From Podarcis tiliguerta (taxonomy: Eukaryota): a DNA stretch of 64,000 bases. Position 1 is the first letter of the stretch; every line of letters begins with the position of its first letter. A model generated the notes under the pieces. That model did no database searches. It saw nothing but the letters and a program-made list of their open reading frames with translations, and had not been told where the DNA came from. The translations under genes were made by a program, and so were the position numbers. The stretch lies in NCBI GenBank assembly GCA_965153285.1, contig OZ229110.1; one strand, 5' to 3'. Below, one piece after another: positions 14,001 to 27,354 of the stretch.

Positions 14001-15683
14001 ATTCGCTCGCACAAAATACAAGAAGTGTCAGGCAGCAGGTTTAAGACAAAAGTATATCTTCTATGCAATGTGGGTGACAATCAGTGCTTTTTATCTTTAA
14101 AAAAAAATGTTTAGGAGTACTCTCATTTTCCTATTCATATTGAAATACTGCCCCTCAATGAGGCCAAAATTAAATTCACAAAATGTTTAGGGGTATGCTT
14201 ACACCTGTGTCCCCCCAGAAAAAAAGCATCGGTGACAACCCACCAAAATACTTTGCTTTTAGAAGTATTACGATGAATTCAAGGAGGTTAGATCTATAAA
14301 TGGCAACTTTCCCAGTACTGTGATTCATGGGCTGAGATTGTGCTAGGAGGCAACCACCTTATTTAATTCCAAATATGTCTTTTGCACCTAGTTCTGGTTG
14401 GTAGCTCTTGGGATTCTTGTGAAGAAAAAAAACCCAAAGTAGATCCAACAAACCTGAAGTTTGTGTATCCCTCCCGAACACTAAAAGCGGTGGTTTCAGA
14501 CAAGTTTCCCCCTGTTCTGACCCTACATAAAAGTGACTGAGACTGAACCAAGTACCCTCTGCATGTAAAACAGGGGTGGGGGGCGTTTGGCCCTCAGATG
14601 TTGCAGCACAGCAACTCCCATTTGCCCTAGCAAGCATGGCCAATACTCAGGGATGGTGAGATGTGTAGTTCAGCAACATCTGGAGGGTGAATGTTCCCCA
14701 CACCCGATGCAAAGTATGTGCTCTGCCACCAAGCTACAGCTTCTTAGGTTCTTACCCACCTGACAGGAGAAGAGCAGCACAGCAGCAAGCCCTAGCCAGC
14801 TGTGGAGGGAGTACATGTTGGCAATGCCCTGTTTGTTGTGATATTCAAAGACAGCCACAAGTCCCAGGACAATTAGGATGAATGCTGCCAAGGTCAGTCC
14901 TGCATGCAGCAGCTTCCATGGCAGTTTGGGCCCCGACCAGGAGAGGGGCACGCGATACACTAGCACCGCTGGAGGAGAGAGAGGGGGAGAAGTCACTAGA
15001 GCCAAGATAGCTCAGGCACCCATCCCACATCCCCCAAAATAGCCAAGTCACTGATTCCCAGGTTTGCTTGTTTTGTATACTGCCCTTCAGCCAATGATCT
15101 CAGGGCGGTTCACAGCATAAAAACACCAGATAAAAACACAAGATATATAATAAAATAACCCCCGCCCTCACAAACACACTTAAAAGGATACAGTGGTATC
15201 TCAGGTTACAGATGCTTCAAGGTACAGACTCAGCTAACTCAGAAATAGTACCTCAGGTTAAGAACTTTGCTTCAGGATGAGAACAGAAATCGTGCTCCAG
15301 TGGCGCGGTGGCAGCGGGAGGCCCCTTTAGCTAAAGTGGTCCTTCAGGTTAAGAACAGTTTCAGGCTAAAAACAGACCTCCAGAATGAATTAAGTTCTTA
15401 ACCTGAGATACCACTGTATAGGATGTTAATATCGGTTCTGCTACTGGGGCAGGAGGAGGGGAAATCAGAAAAGGATTGGATCCTCTTTTCACTTACCTGC
15501 ACCAGTCAAGACCAACATGCCTGTCACCATGAAAACTGGATGCCAGTTAAACATCTGAGAAGAACCATCCCAGGCAAAGCCACCAAGCCAGTGTTGGGTC
15601 CAGTAGACTGTGAACACCACACACAAGATCCCCAGAATTCCCAGTAGGATTGAGAGCAGCAAGAATGAGACTCTGGGAATCAT
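11094..15683 (-). CDS. CYB561A3: Lysosomal cytochrome b561 family member A3 (ascorbate-dependent ferric reductase), 243 aa
   Basis: Coding exons (minus): 15683-15497 (MIPRVSF..FNWHPVFMVTGMLVLTGA), 14968-14760 (VLVYR..KLLHA..YHNKQGIANMYSLHSWLG..SCQ), 13618-13464 (WAMGF..KPIHVFFG..GINEKLFFK), 12806-12650 (TNTTTPYAQLPAEAWFANILG..WKRP..QE), 11117-11094 (PLLQEDK*). Heme-ligating His motifs FNWHP, LLHA, SLHSW and IHVFFG are present, plus a C-terminal D-x-x-x-P-L-L dileucine-like signal. Synteny with TKFC and TMEM138. Confidence 0.95.
12378..12600 (+). mobile_element. Older tRNA-derived SINE (Squam3-like)
   Basis: GAGCCAGTATGGTATAGTG head, GGGTGACTTTGGCCAGTC..CTCACAGGGTTGTTGT body and (AAAT)n tail; a diverged relative of the copies at 16822 and 41967. 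Confidence 0.7.
14082..14231. mobile_element. hAT-type MITE
   Basis: Ends CAGTGCTTTTT / AAAAAGCATCG with an 8-bp near-perfect TSD GTGACAAT (14074-14081) / GTGACAAC (14232-14239). Confidence 0.65.
15191..15416. mobile_element. Tigger/mariner-like MITE
   Basis: Perfect 18-bp TIR CAGTGGTATCTCAGGTTA / TAACCTGAGATACCACTG; TA duplication. Confidence 0.85.
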
Positions 15684-16821
15684 CCTGTTCACAGGGAGCA
15701 CACCTGAGAAGGCAAGAAACCAGCTAGCTGTAAAAGCTATCCAACCATCTGCTGGTTCTGGCACCAGCAAGATTTTTGCCTCCTCCCTTTCCTTACTACC
15801 TAGTTCTGCTTTCCTCCCTTCAGCAGAGAACTGTTTTTCTGTCACACAGTTTTGTAACCCAAAATGGGGTGGAGTCCCAGAAGCTGGGTAGGAGGAACTG
15901 ATTTCAATAGTATGTCCACCACAGACCATGAAACATCAAAACTTCACAGCTAAGTGGAAGGTAGATCTGGAATTTCCCCAGGCTGGTTAAGGCAATTCAC
16001 ATTCTAACCACTATTCTCTCAAAAGTCAAGGTTGGCAGTTATGAGCAGCTTGTCCAATGGGATAACACACCTCACAGACTATATCCAACTGTGTCAGCAG
16101 GGGCTTCTACTTTCTGCAGCCCCTGTCTACTAAAAGTAAATGGTACTGAAGATTCCATACTTCCCAAAGCCAAGTCACACAGAAACACCAAAGGAGTACA
16201 CATGTTACTGAAGAGAAAGTTTCCAGAGAAACAAAACAGTCCCACAGTTGTTGATCAGGAACCGGAACCTACACTGAATTGATCATATGATCTGGCAGGA
16301 TGCAACTCCAATTTAGTTAAATCTAGTTAGGCAGCAGAGACCATGTGTTATGTCCAATTCTGATATCCAAGGCTCTTCTGTGAACCAAGGCAAACTTTTG
16401 TGTAAGCAACACTGGCACTCATAAAGTGAAATTAGATTGGCTACTACTGGATCCAACTTGATCTAACTCATAGCTGAGTTTCAGCCAAAAATAAAGGTCA
16501 CTGCAGTCAATTGCATAAGAAAAGAGATAGCCTCACGTTAGATTTCAAATTTATTTACGAACTGTCCCCACAGTGAAAGGTGCAAACCACAGACTTTTTC
16601 TACCAACCCAGCAGCCCTGCACAGATGCTGCACCTGCAACCACTGGGTCCTGGAGGGAGACAACGGTCACAAGATCATCCCAACTTCTGCTTTCAAGACA
16701 GAAGTGAGAAGCTTGCAGAGTGTGTGCATTAAAAGACTATGGCAATGAGTGAAACATTGCTCTTCACAGCGCAAAGGTGGGCTGGAAGTTAAGTGAATGA
16801 CAATCTAGGGTCACACACTGT

Positions 16822-17068
16822 GAGCCAGTGTGGTGTAGTGGTTAAGAGCGGTAGTCACGTAATCTGGGTAAGCGGGTTCGCGTCTCCGCTCCTCCACATG
16901 CAGCTGCTGGGTGACCTTGGGCCAGTCACACTTCTGTGAAGTCTCTCAGCCCCACTTACCTCACAGAGTGTTTGTTGTGGGGGAGGAAGGGAAAGGAGAA
17001 TGTTAGCCGCTTTGAGACTCCTGAAGGGGAGTGAAAGGCGGGATATCAAATCCAAACTCTTCTTCTTC
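16822..17068 (+). mobile_element. Young tRNA-derived SINE with (TTC)n tail (Squam3-like)
   Basis: A-box TGGTGTAGTGG, B-box-like GGGTTCGCGTCTCC and TCCAAACTCTTCTTC tail; near-identical to 41967-42241. Confidence 0.85.
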
Positions 17069-17896
17069 GTTGTCTAACTGCAGCCAGACTCTCAGTTTGG
17101 ATGGCTGGCAACTTCTCCTAGCACCTTCTCATGAACTGGAGAGCTCTGCTGAAACTTTTGTGCCATTAACTCACCACGTACACCAAGAGGAAAATGTGCT
17201 GATGCAAAAGTGAAAGCTGCTGAGCAGCTGTGTCCTGTGTGGTTTCTGTGGTGGCATAGCCCACAAAAATTTGTTTAAAGTTGCCAGTTCAGTTTGGGGT
17301 AACACCCATACCATACATTTACATTCAAAGCTCATGGCTTCTTCAAAATAAGCTTGGGAATTGTAGTTTGCCTCTCACTGAGCTACAATTCACAGCACCC
17401 TTTACAAACTACAATTCCCACAATTATATGGGGGAGTTTTACAGTTCAGGAGGGCCCTGTTTCTACCATTGCTGCCACGCTGGATTCAAACTGTCAGCCC
17501 ACATTGTGCTGTGACTGCCTTTTCTCCAGAGACTCTGCTTCCCTACCAAAACTATTTTCCCTCTTGCTTACTGCAACTGAAAAATGGCCATTTGTATTAC
17601 TATCTACCTCTCTAGAAGGAGAAGGGGCTCACACCCCTCTGCTGTCCAGCACAGAGTAACTACTGTGTTTTTGTTTGTTACTATGGCATGCATTTTGGTG
17701 CTTTTATATTTTAAACCGCCCTGTGATCCTTGGATGAAGGACAGTATAGAATTGTTGTTGTTGCTGCTGTTAATGTTAATGTTTCAGTGGTTCAGTGGTT
17801 CAGTGCTCGGCAGTTTTAACTCCCCAGTCCTTGATTAATTCTAACTTTTATTGGACCCAGGAATTTAGAGTGTCTCTCACCCCACAAATTCATAAC

Positions 17897-17898
<2 letters not shown>

Positions 17899-17926
<28 letters not shown>
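17899..17926. repeat. (CA)n microsatellite
   Basis: About 14 uninterrupted CA units. Confidence 0.9.
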
Positions 17927-17928
<2 letters not shown>

Positions 17929-19099
17929 AACCCCATCAAAAGATTTAGAACAAATATTAAAACACCCTTAGGAAAGGAAGTGTAAACATCAAGGGTAAGT
18001 AGGTGTAAGATAAGAAAAGAAATACATAGAGACTACAGCCAACTTTGGAAATGTTTCATTCAAAATATGGTTTTGCTAACATGTTTTGACCCAGCTACCC
18101 GACTAGAATCATTTATATTTATGATCAACCTTTTTACTTACAGTCTTACAGCTTTACTGCAAAGTATAACCCGGGTCAAAGAGAAGAGCAGAAAATGGTC
18201 ACTGTGGCAATAACTAATAAACACTGATGCACTACCATGCCAAAGAGTCCCTTTTGAAAATCGCACCAGGTGGTTGCTGCTTTTGCTTTCCTTTCCTTCC
18301 AAAGAGATGGAGGACTTTAAGAACTTGTGGGTTGATATTTAAATTAGAATAATTTCTGGCATCGACTGGTGAACAGATTTAACTTGTGACAAACTACTCC
18401 GTCTTTTAGCCGTGAATTTCACCGTCTCTCGGTTTCATGAACATAACGGCAGCCAGTGCAAAAAGAAAAAGAAAAAACCTTGGATGGGAGAGAATGCTAA
18501 GCTGGCACTACTTATAGCTGGCAGTCTCTCGGGGTGACGCTGGCAGTGAAACGCGGCTGCCGACAACATATCGCAAGGCGCAGAAGTGTGCAAACGTCAG
18601 TTTCATATTCAGGCTGCTCCCTCATGCGTGCTGAACACGGAACCAACTCCAGCCTCATAAAGTTAACAATAAAGCACAAAGTCCCGTGACGTCCAGTGCT
18701 CTGCCGCAAGAAAGCTGCTGGCATTTAAGCGATAAATTGGTTTGCTGCGGCAACAGCCTTCGTAAGCAACATACAGTCATACAGTACAGTTACCTTGCAC
18801 AACTGGGGCACCTGCTACTCTCCAGATACTGATAGACTACAACTCCCATCACCCAGGCCACCTCCCCCTTGTGGCTGAAGCTGATGGGAGCTGGAGTCCA
18901 GAAGCACCTGCAGGGCGGCAGGATCCCCGGTCGCATCTCTGTTCAACTAGCACACGAAACATCTATTGGATCCAGGCTGTCGAGCGAAGCTGTACCCACA
19001 GCAGTGCCAGAGAGCAACTTGCAAGCAGTTTCAAGCACTGCGGGTTCTGCTGCCCAGTGCACACCCCCGACCGCGCCATTAAAGCACATATGAGGAGCA

Positions 19100-21150
19100 A
19101 TAAGGAAGTGACACTTGCTAGATAGCATAACGTATAAATGGGTAGCGGGATCGCCCCTTGCAGGGAAGCGCCTGGGAACAGCCGCAAGAGGGATTGCGCG
19201 CACACAATGGTCAAGATTTGCTTTAGCGATCCAGCTGCGACAACGCACCAAAGAACCGAGAAATACAAGCAACAGCTCACACCTCGCTTCCGCCTGAATC
19301 GCGGGGAGCGCCGGGAAAAGTAGTTCCAAAGCTCCAAGTCCCCTTCAGCTCCATCGTCTCTATTCATGACAGGAGGCACTCAAGATTTGTCTAGGCGCAG
19401 TTTATGGCACTGCCCAGCCAACGCCACGACGGGTTTCTGGGAAATGTAGTTTTCTCGGCAAGATCTGTACAGTACTATACAGTATATTGCTGGGCATGAA
19501 CACGGCGGGGAATCGAGCCGGGAAAGTTCTCATTTAAGGATGCTTTACAAGCCTCTTCGTTTGCTTCTGCCTGTACCTAGGTGCACCCGTCATTACTGTT
19601 TTCCCTTGCGTCAGATGAGGGACTTCCTGGATGCCTAAGTACCCGGCAAATTGAGCTGGTATAGGTATATTGCAGGTATGTATGCAGGTGTATTAATAGG
19701 AAACGCGTCACGTGACGAAGTTTTGATTGTCACACAGGAAGAGCTGAAGGCAAAGGAGGAGCTTTGACAGGTTGGCAACCTTTTCTATAACTCCCTGTTC
19801 CACGCCAGTCAGTTATTATTGTAGAGTGGCAGCGGCGTTAGGTGCCCCTTAATCTGCTGAAATCGCGCTGCAGGATTTCGCTCTGTAGCTGTGATATCAA
19901 AACAAAAATAGATTTCCGGTGGTCTGATTTCACTGGAACGACTGCATTTTAAAAAATTGAGGCAGTAAACACGGATTGATTTCCTCAAATGGTGGAATGC
20001 CTCTCCAGCAGCTGGAAGTTCCAGTTAAGTGTGCTGAAGGAGACCGAAGGAAGGGAAGGAAGGAAGGGGAGAATTATTTCTTTCGCACCGAAGTGGTAAT
20101 AACCCACCAAGAAAAGCTCAAAAGCCACATCAGCGGCAAAGGGTAAATAAAGGCAAAAACAAAAAACACGCCCTCCGCACTATGTATCACACAGATAGAG
20201 AAAAAGAGCGCCAGCGGCCGTCGTCTGCACGCGGAATTTCAGCTGCTCATAGAAATCAAAGGAGAAATGGAAGATTTTACTCTAGTAATAGTTGGGAATC
20301 AGGTGCCCACATAACGAGCAAAAATTAGCAGCAAAGAAAGGAGTCCATAATCTTTCTAACTCGGGTTCTTGTATCAGGTGAGAGGCGCGCGCACACCCTT
20401 GTAAACATTTGCGAGTGTAAGCGTAGGGTCTACGGAGTTTAGTGGATGAGGGTGGTATGAAGAGGCAAATGAACTAGACTGCTGTAACCTGCAAATGCAA
20501 ACGTTCGTGCTACTTCTGACCTGCACCATTAATAGTGTCCTTGCAGGGCTGTTATAAGCAGCTCTCCAAGCCACAAACCCCGACACACACAATTTAGAGA
20601 TGGTGAAATGTGATCCGAGTGTGCTGGGCCATGTTTTAATTTTTATTTTTTTAAAAAAAAACCAAGCATCAAAAAAAGTAGTCCCCTCTAAGCCGCTGTA
20701 GATTCATGGGTTTCTCCCAGATGCATTCACTTCCGCCCCGTGGAAGACTTTATAAATGGCTTCCAGAGGCAGGGCGGAAGTTTCCTACCCGGGCCACGAG
20801 AATCTCCGTCCGCTCTGTCATTTACAACTCTGTGACCGTGACCGCAAGCGCGGCAGCTTCCGGCCAGGCTGCCTCCTACGCTCCCCTGAGTGGCTGCGTC
20901 GTCTCCATGGGAACGGGCAACTGCCGCGCCAGGTGAGGGCCGGGAGCAAAGAGCGCGAGCTGGAGCAGCGACGGGCCTATCTTTCGCGACCTGTCGTGCC
21001 CCGTTACTTAACACGGGGAGCGTGAGGTCGAGGGCGCTTGGGAACCCACAGAACGAGATCGCGTGTACCCGGATCGAAATCTTGATCACCAAGGAGATGA
21101 GGTCCGTAGGGCTTGATCCGTGTTGCCTAGGAAGAAAAAGCGCCTTTTCC
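19100..21150. promoter_or_regulatory. Divergent CpG-rich promoter region of CYB561A3 / TMEM138
   Basis: CpG-dense blocks at about 19140-19460 and 20720-21120; ZNF143/SBS-type motif CTGGGAAATGTAGT near 19437-19450; CLEAR/E-box palindrome at 19706-19717; ETS motifs CACTTCCG (about 20728) and GCGGAAGT (about 20774); X-box at 20901-20914. Confidence 0.75.
20901..20914 (+). promoter_or_regulatory. RFX X-box in TMEM138 exon 1
   Basis: GTCTCCATGGGAAC fits the X-box consensus GTYNCYATRGNAAC typical of ciliary genes. Confidence 0.7.
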
Positions 21151-21623
21151 AGCCCTTGGAGGTGGCTGTGGCCAGTCAGCCCTCGCCACCCACCCTCGTA
21201 CTTTGCTTTCCCCTGTGTAGAAATAGAAAAGCTGCGGAGGGGCAGCAAGAGTAAAGTTCTTAGATCACCGAAAAGTGTTAAGAACAGTGTTAGGCAATAG
21301 CAGTTAACGGTGCAACCAGTCTTACTTCAACAAAGGGATTCTTATTCGTTGTTTGTATTTCTGACTGGTTTATCTTTGCTCTCTAGTGCTAGATTGTGTG
21401 TGGTGTGCTCCAGATTTGTGATGCCCCTCTCCTCCCCGCTATTATTGCAAGTGTTGTTCACCTTATTCTCCCTCTTTCCCCCCACCTGGTGTTTCTGCAG
21501 GATTCAGGTCTCTGCCCAAAGGGAGCTATGAGTGATTGCGCTGGAGTAAAAAGTTTGTATCCCTCTGTTGTGTGAGCATGAGGTGTCCCTCTCATCTGGG
21601 ATGCAGACACTGAGGCAAGGAAG

Positions 21624-24600
21624 ATGCTCCAAACCAGCAACTATAGCCTGGTTCTTTCCTTGCAGTTCCTACTGCTGTTCTATGACCTCTTTGTCAACTC
21701 CTTCTCGGAGCTGCTGCGCATGGCGCCCGTCATCCAGCTTGTGCTTTTCATGTGAGTATGGCACAACAGTGGGTGCTTGTCACTGTCTGCTTTTTTTTAA
21801 AGGGCTTGTATACATTTGTCTCTGAAAAGATGCTCAACACTGCTATGAGCGCTTAAATAAGCTGTAGGGATCAAAAACGTGGTTACTCTTCAGGTCCTTG
21901 GATAGAACTGTAGACTAGTGCTTGAATAAGTGATTTGGAATGGAGAAGAGATGGTTAGTATGTCTACTCAGGAGCAACAGTGCAATCTTATATATTATGT
22001 GGACTCTGAAGGAAGTCCCATTGTTTTCAGTCATGCTTACTGTTGTGTAAGTGTGCATAGAATTGCAGTTTAAGCCTTTATGTATACAAGAGGACTTGAT
22101 CCATAGTAAATGTGCTTAGGATTACAGAGAATTTGCCACATTGAACACAGTGGAACTTTTTTGAGTAAACATGCACAGGAATGCACTTTCTGTTTGTTTC
22201 TCCTCTTCTTGGGACACTCTCATTCAGGAAAATGGGAAGAAGAGAGTGCGAGAGAAGAGACGAATGGAGCAATGAAGTAGAATAAAAGATACCAAGAAAA
22301 TTATTATTCTTTCCCTACTCCTGAAACATTGGCAGTTAATAGGCTATATTGTGTTGAATGATATTTTTAAAAGGGTGGTGCTATTATAATCCATTCATTC
22401 TATATTTTCTCTGTGGGTATTAGCAGCTATTAGCTCAGTTGCCATTACATAAAGTTCTACCCCCAGATTATGAGAATGAGTGATAAGCAGGGGGGGGGGG
22501 GAATAGAGGTAGCTGCAGCAGGTATTATTTCCATTGTAATCTTCTAGCAAGGGTTTCGGGGTTCCCTTTCCTCTGCAATTGGTGGACTAATGTCTCAGTT
22601 GGCAGCATGGACAGTGAAAACTTCTGCAGCTATGTTAATCTGCTTTTTGTTCTCCAAGTACTAGGCTTTAGCCACAATTGTGGGGAGTCTGCGGCCCCCA
22701 AAAGTTGCTGGACCACAACTCCCATTATCTCTGACCATGGGTGGTGGGGGAGAGCTGGTGTCCAGTAGTATTGGAGAGCCACAAGCAGGGGCATACCTAG
22801 GAGTTGGTTAGCTGAGCCCCTGCCAAGGGTGCAGGCCTGGAGTGTGTGCACAAAAATTGTGCCTCTCCACTCTGGCTTGGAGTGGCTAGGAACTTGCTCG
22901 CCTGTTCGTGTGCTCCCTGGGGCGCTCTTCCAATAATATGGGTGTCTGGGCAAAGCATGCAGGCTCCTGTGGGTGCTTCGGTGGAGAAATGCAATTGTGC
23001 AAGGGACCAGGGTGTGTGTGTGTGATGATATAGCTCCTTGCCAAGGATGCAGGGGAACCTAGGTACACCTCTGTGTATAAGGTATCTATCAATCTCTGTC
23101 TCATTAAAATGTTTGCCTGTCTTACAGCATTCAGGATATTGCCATCCTCTTCAATGTCATCATCATCTTCCTCATGTTCTTCAATACCTTCGTCTTCCAG
23201 GCTGGCCTGGTTAATCTTCTGTTCCAGAAATTTAAAGGGACCATTGTCTTGTCAGCAACATACCTTGGTTTGAGCATATCCTTCCACATCTGGGTCATGG
23301 TAAGGCAGGAGAGGATTGTTTATACTGGTTATCACGGAAGCCCAAATTCTGAATATAGGAGTAATTGTGCAAGCAAAGAAAACACACGTTGAAACAAACT
23401 TTATTTTATGCTCCCCCCAGGTTTAGCGCTGTGTAGTGCTAAATGGAAGAAATGTTGTGCAAGAGCAGGGATGAATAGAAGAAACTAACAGGTTAGGTTA
23501 GGACAGGTAGCTGTGGAAGAGTAGAAGTGCTCTCTGTTGAACCCTAGGAATCCCTTGCAAACACCACCTGTGGATTTCCAAATTTGTTTCAACACCTAGT
23601 ATATCTTTAAAAGAAGCTCAGGTTTTTGTACCAACTTCTGTGTGATAAATAATGTGTGCATAATTTGTAGAATTTGTAGAACAGTAACTGTCTCATTGAA
23701 TTGGTTGAGGAGTTCCCAGGAATAAAAACCTGGGAAGGAGTTGGATTAGATAAATCAAATAGTATTTAAGACATTTAAAAGCTTGTCTGATGAAACAGGA
23801 TAAACTGGAAGGGATCCTAGCTGTTGCAACTGTTATAATGCCATATATTATTGTGGCTTGGCATGTTAATTCACCTTCCAACCTTTCAGAATCTTGTCAG
23901 TCTAAAGCTAGAATTTCCTATTGATAGGGTTAGTTGGATACAGGAGGCCTTACAGTCTTCTTTGACCAGTGTACCCCCCCCCCTTTGGGCAGTTCTGTTT
24001 TTCTCAGCTGTCCTTCGTTCTTCACCATCACACCCTGGACTTCCTGCATACATACCAATCACTTCTTTTTCTAAGATCTTTTTGAACAAGCATACTTTTC
24101 TTTTGCTCTTGATGAGCATAATTTACAGTGTGCTCCATTATTCTTGTTTTCTTTGGACATCTTGTTACACTGACTTCTGCTCACATTAATTTATTCTTTT
24201 TATATATCTGTGTCTGAGATCCATGAAAAATGATTGGCCTTACAATAATTGCCTAAGCTGTCATTTAAGTGGTCTATTGTACGTTTTGTTAATACTGTAT
24301 TCATATGATAGCAAATCACACAAAGCACCCCAAGTTAATGTATTGCATCCTCCATCACAGTTGCCCTCTTATGGTCTTTACTGAGGGCAAGCTTGTTGGT
24401 TACATGTGATTATGTGTAAGTTGAGTGGTTATTAACATTTGTTTGACTTGGTTTACTGGCGCTTTTTATGATTTGGAAGCTGTGTAGGCAACAGCTCCTC
24501 CTTCAGATTCCCCCCACCGCCCAATTTCCTGGTTTCTCTTGTTGCTTCATGCACCAGAACATTTCACCTTCATGCTGCCTTCACATCTTTTCAATGTAAT

Positions 24601-27354
24601 GTATAGACTTTGTATCCCTTTACACTGCTCAATATGCTTGTAGCAGAATCTCTTCTTAATCTTTTAATTCTTTCTTATTTTAAGAAGCAAAAACAAACAG
24701 TCCCAACAATAAGGAAGGCTGATGTCTTTTTCAAAAGAACCAACAAGAAAATTTATACTTTGATTCTTAAGCAGACTTCCAAACTTTATCTGCAGTTTTG
24801 TCATGACTACATGACTACCCATGCTGATTTGCAGCTGCAGCTATGGACACAAATGGAGTATTGGAATGTGACTCACTAAATTGCTCAGTACTGACGTTAG
24901 TCTAGTTCTAGTGAAGTCTAGTTGAAATGTTGTATGCTTACTACTATTTTGTAATATTGTATAAAGGTGGCCTCTCTAATTTATTGATCATTGGCTGCAT
25001 AAGTAAGTTTCTTGTCAGCAGCATTGTTCACAGCCCATATTCCATTGAATCTTGTTGTGCTATTAGTTGATTGGGGTGAGCCCACTGGATCATTGAAATC
25101 TCATAGAATGAACAATATATTCTTTGTTCTGACTCTATTTGCTCGGTTCTGTAGTTATCTCCTAGGTTTGTCTTGTCCTTCTAGGCAGTGTGCCTGGGCA
25201 TTTGTCCTATATCACATATCTTGAGCTTTAATAACTGTTATATCATTCACCTTTTTTCTGGACAGATTTGTGAAGTTTAACAGAGGTCACTGTAATTTGG
25301 GTAATTAAAGGGAAGGAGGGCAGAAGCATTTGGGACAAAAGATTTGTAGGTTTCCAGGGTATTTGGAAGCGTCAGGAAGCTGTGCAGAAGTTGTCTTGGA
25401 ACAGTGGCCAGGAAGTGTATTTGGTCTCTGAGCTTTTAGTTGATCAAACTGTATTTTCTGTTTGACACCCTGATCCATTGTAAGCACTCAGCATTTTTGC
25501 TGTTGTCGCAATAGGCAATGATCTGTGTGATTTACTTTTCAAATATCAACAGATGTTGGATTTAAAAACGAGGTCCTTATTCCTGGTTCTTCGTGTGTCT
25601 TGCTATCCAACTGCCTAACTGAAGGATACATATTTCAATTCAGTCCAAGTTTTGTTCAGTGGAGCAAACAACTACAATGAACAGGTGTCATTGACATGCA
25701 ATGACTTACCACTGATGATGGGCTATATTGCCAAAGAGTCATAAAAGTTCGTGGTACAGCACCCTTGGCTTCTTGGAACAGAATGTTTAAATTCCAAAGC
25801 AGTGCTTGCATTGATATGAATTCACTGCACTGAAGGCAAAAACCTTCTCATATCTACAGCCTCAATAGTCTAGTACCTCCTTATGGATTTCTTTGGCTCT
25901 CTTTAGATGAGTGAGGGCTTTACGGAGGCTAACAATAGATTTATTTCAATCTCACCTCATTTCCAGTTTGAATAACTTAGTGTGCCTATTTTCCTTCTCA
26001 TTCCCCATCTCTTTTTTTACTCTTTCTTTTAAGATTGCATGCCATTATTTGTAAATGGTAAACCTGCCTAGAATACACTGGACAAAATGGTACACATTGT
26101 AGTTAAGTCCCAGTATCTTGTCATCTGATATTTAGGGAATTAATATCTCATCTTTGAAGTTAGATGAAGCAATCTAGCTTGAAAGTTGGGTACTACTGCT
26201 TTCCTAAACCTTGCTTGGTGAGGCAGGAGGATTTAAGAGGATTTTCTGTGATCAGTTGTTGAGAGCTAGAATAGGTCTGGTTGTTCTGTATAAATCTGCT
26301 GATCCGATTAACCTTTCTTTGCTCCCTGAGCTGCTCCTAGTGCTGGCATTCATCCCACGTGGTGTCTGGTTGCCTAACTGTTAAGAAAGACTTGGAATAG
26401 CCTATTATGACTGGGAACATGAGTTTTGGAAACTCTCTAGTAGTGGAACTAACATCATTACACTTTTTCCCCCAACAAGCTCAACAAATATTGTGTCTAA
26501 TTTTAATGTGGCTCAACTTTCGGTTTTTATTTTATCTGTGAAAGTATTTTTATAGATACAATTGCATAAGTCCTGGTTTACTATACTTGGAAAAAATGTG
26601 GAAGCTTTCCTGAGTGGGATGTAGGAAGGGGGCACACCAATCAATGGGATACCACAGGCCTTCCTTACTCTCCTGGATTGTTGCATGGTTTCTAGAATGT
26701 TTATTTGAGATTGTAGTAATCTCTGAACTTTCAAGAGAAGGTGTTAGGAATGTTGCTGCTTCCCAAATTTATAAATAATTATTGGGAGTAGGAAAATTGG
26801 ACCCATGTTTCTGAAGGAATTTGGTAGAAAGATGGGGCACTGAAAAAAGTCTGAAAGGATGGTTGGTATTGTTTTGTGTTGTTCTGGGAGGAACAGTCTA
26901 TTTCCTGCCTTTAACGTTTCATACATTTCTTTCCCACAGAACCTCCGCTGGAAAAATTCCAACTATTTTGTGTGGACAGATGGGCTGCAGACTCTTTTTG
27001 TTTTCCAGAGAATGGGTACGAGGCTGTTTCATTTCTCCTCTGTGTCATGACTTCTGAGCAAAGCTTAAAAAATTATCAATGAGGCTGGTTCCATCTGTGC
27101 TTCCCTACAAAAAGTAGATGGGACAGGGAGCAGGGGGAGTGTAGCTAGGTGGATAATGGTGAAGCTGAATGTAAGAAAACCAGTAAAGTTGCTACAAGTG
27201 TTGACCTTGCTGGCTTGTGACTTATTTCTGATTGGTTGCAGTGGCTGTGCTGTATTACTACTTCTATAAGAGGACGGCTGTGCACTTGGGAGATCCCCGT
27301 TTCTACCAGGACTCTCTTTGGCTACGGAAAGAGTTTGCACAAGCGCACAGTTGA
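21624..27354 (+). CDS. TMEM138: Transmembrane protein 138 (ciliary; Joubert syndrome gene), 162 aa
   Basis: Coding exons 21624-21751 ([31 protein letters not shown]..), 23128-23299 ([33 protein letters not shown]), 26940-27015 ([24 protein letters not shown]), 27242-27354 ([36 protein letters not shown]), 489 nt in total. Non-coding exon 1 ends at 20932 (CAG|GTGAGG); exon 2 acceptor at 21501; AATAAA at 27920 and 28061. Confidence 0.96.

Noticed and set aside
16822-16900. tRNA-like sequence with A and B boxes (also at 37729, 41969 and 60060)
   Set aside because: These are SINE heads continuing into SINE bodies and tails, not cloverleaf tRNA genes.
20706-21300. Long overlapping ORFs (173, 136 and 89 aa) at the TMEM138 promoter
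   Set aside because: Stop-poor GC-rich CpG-island sequence with no recognisable protein.
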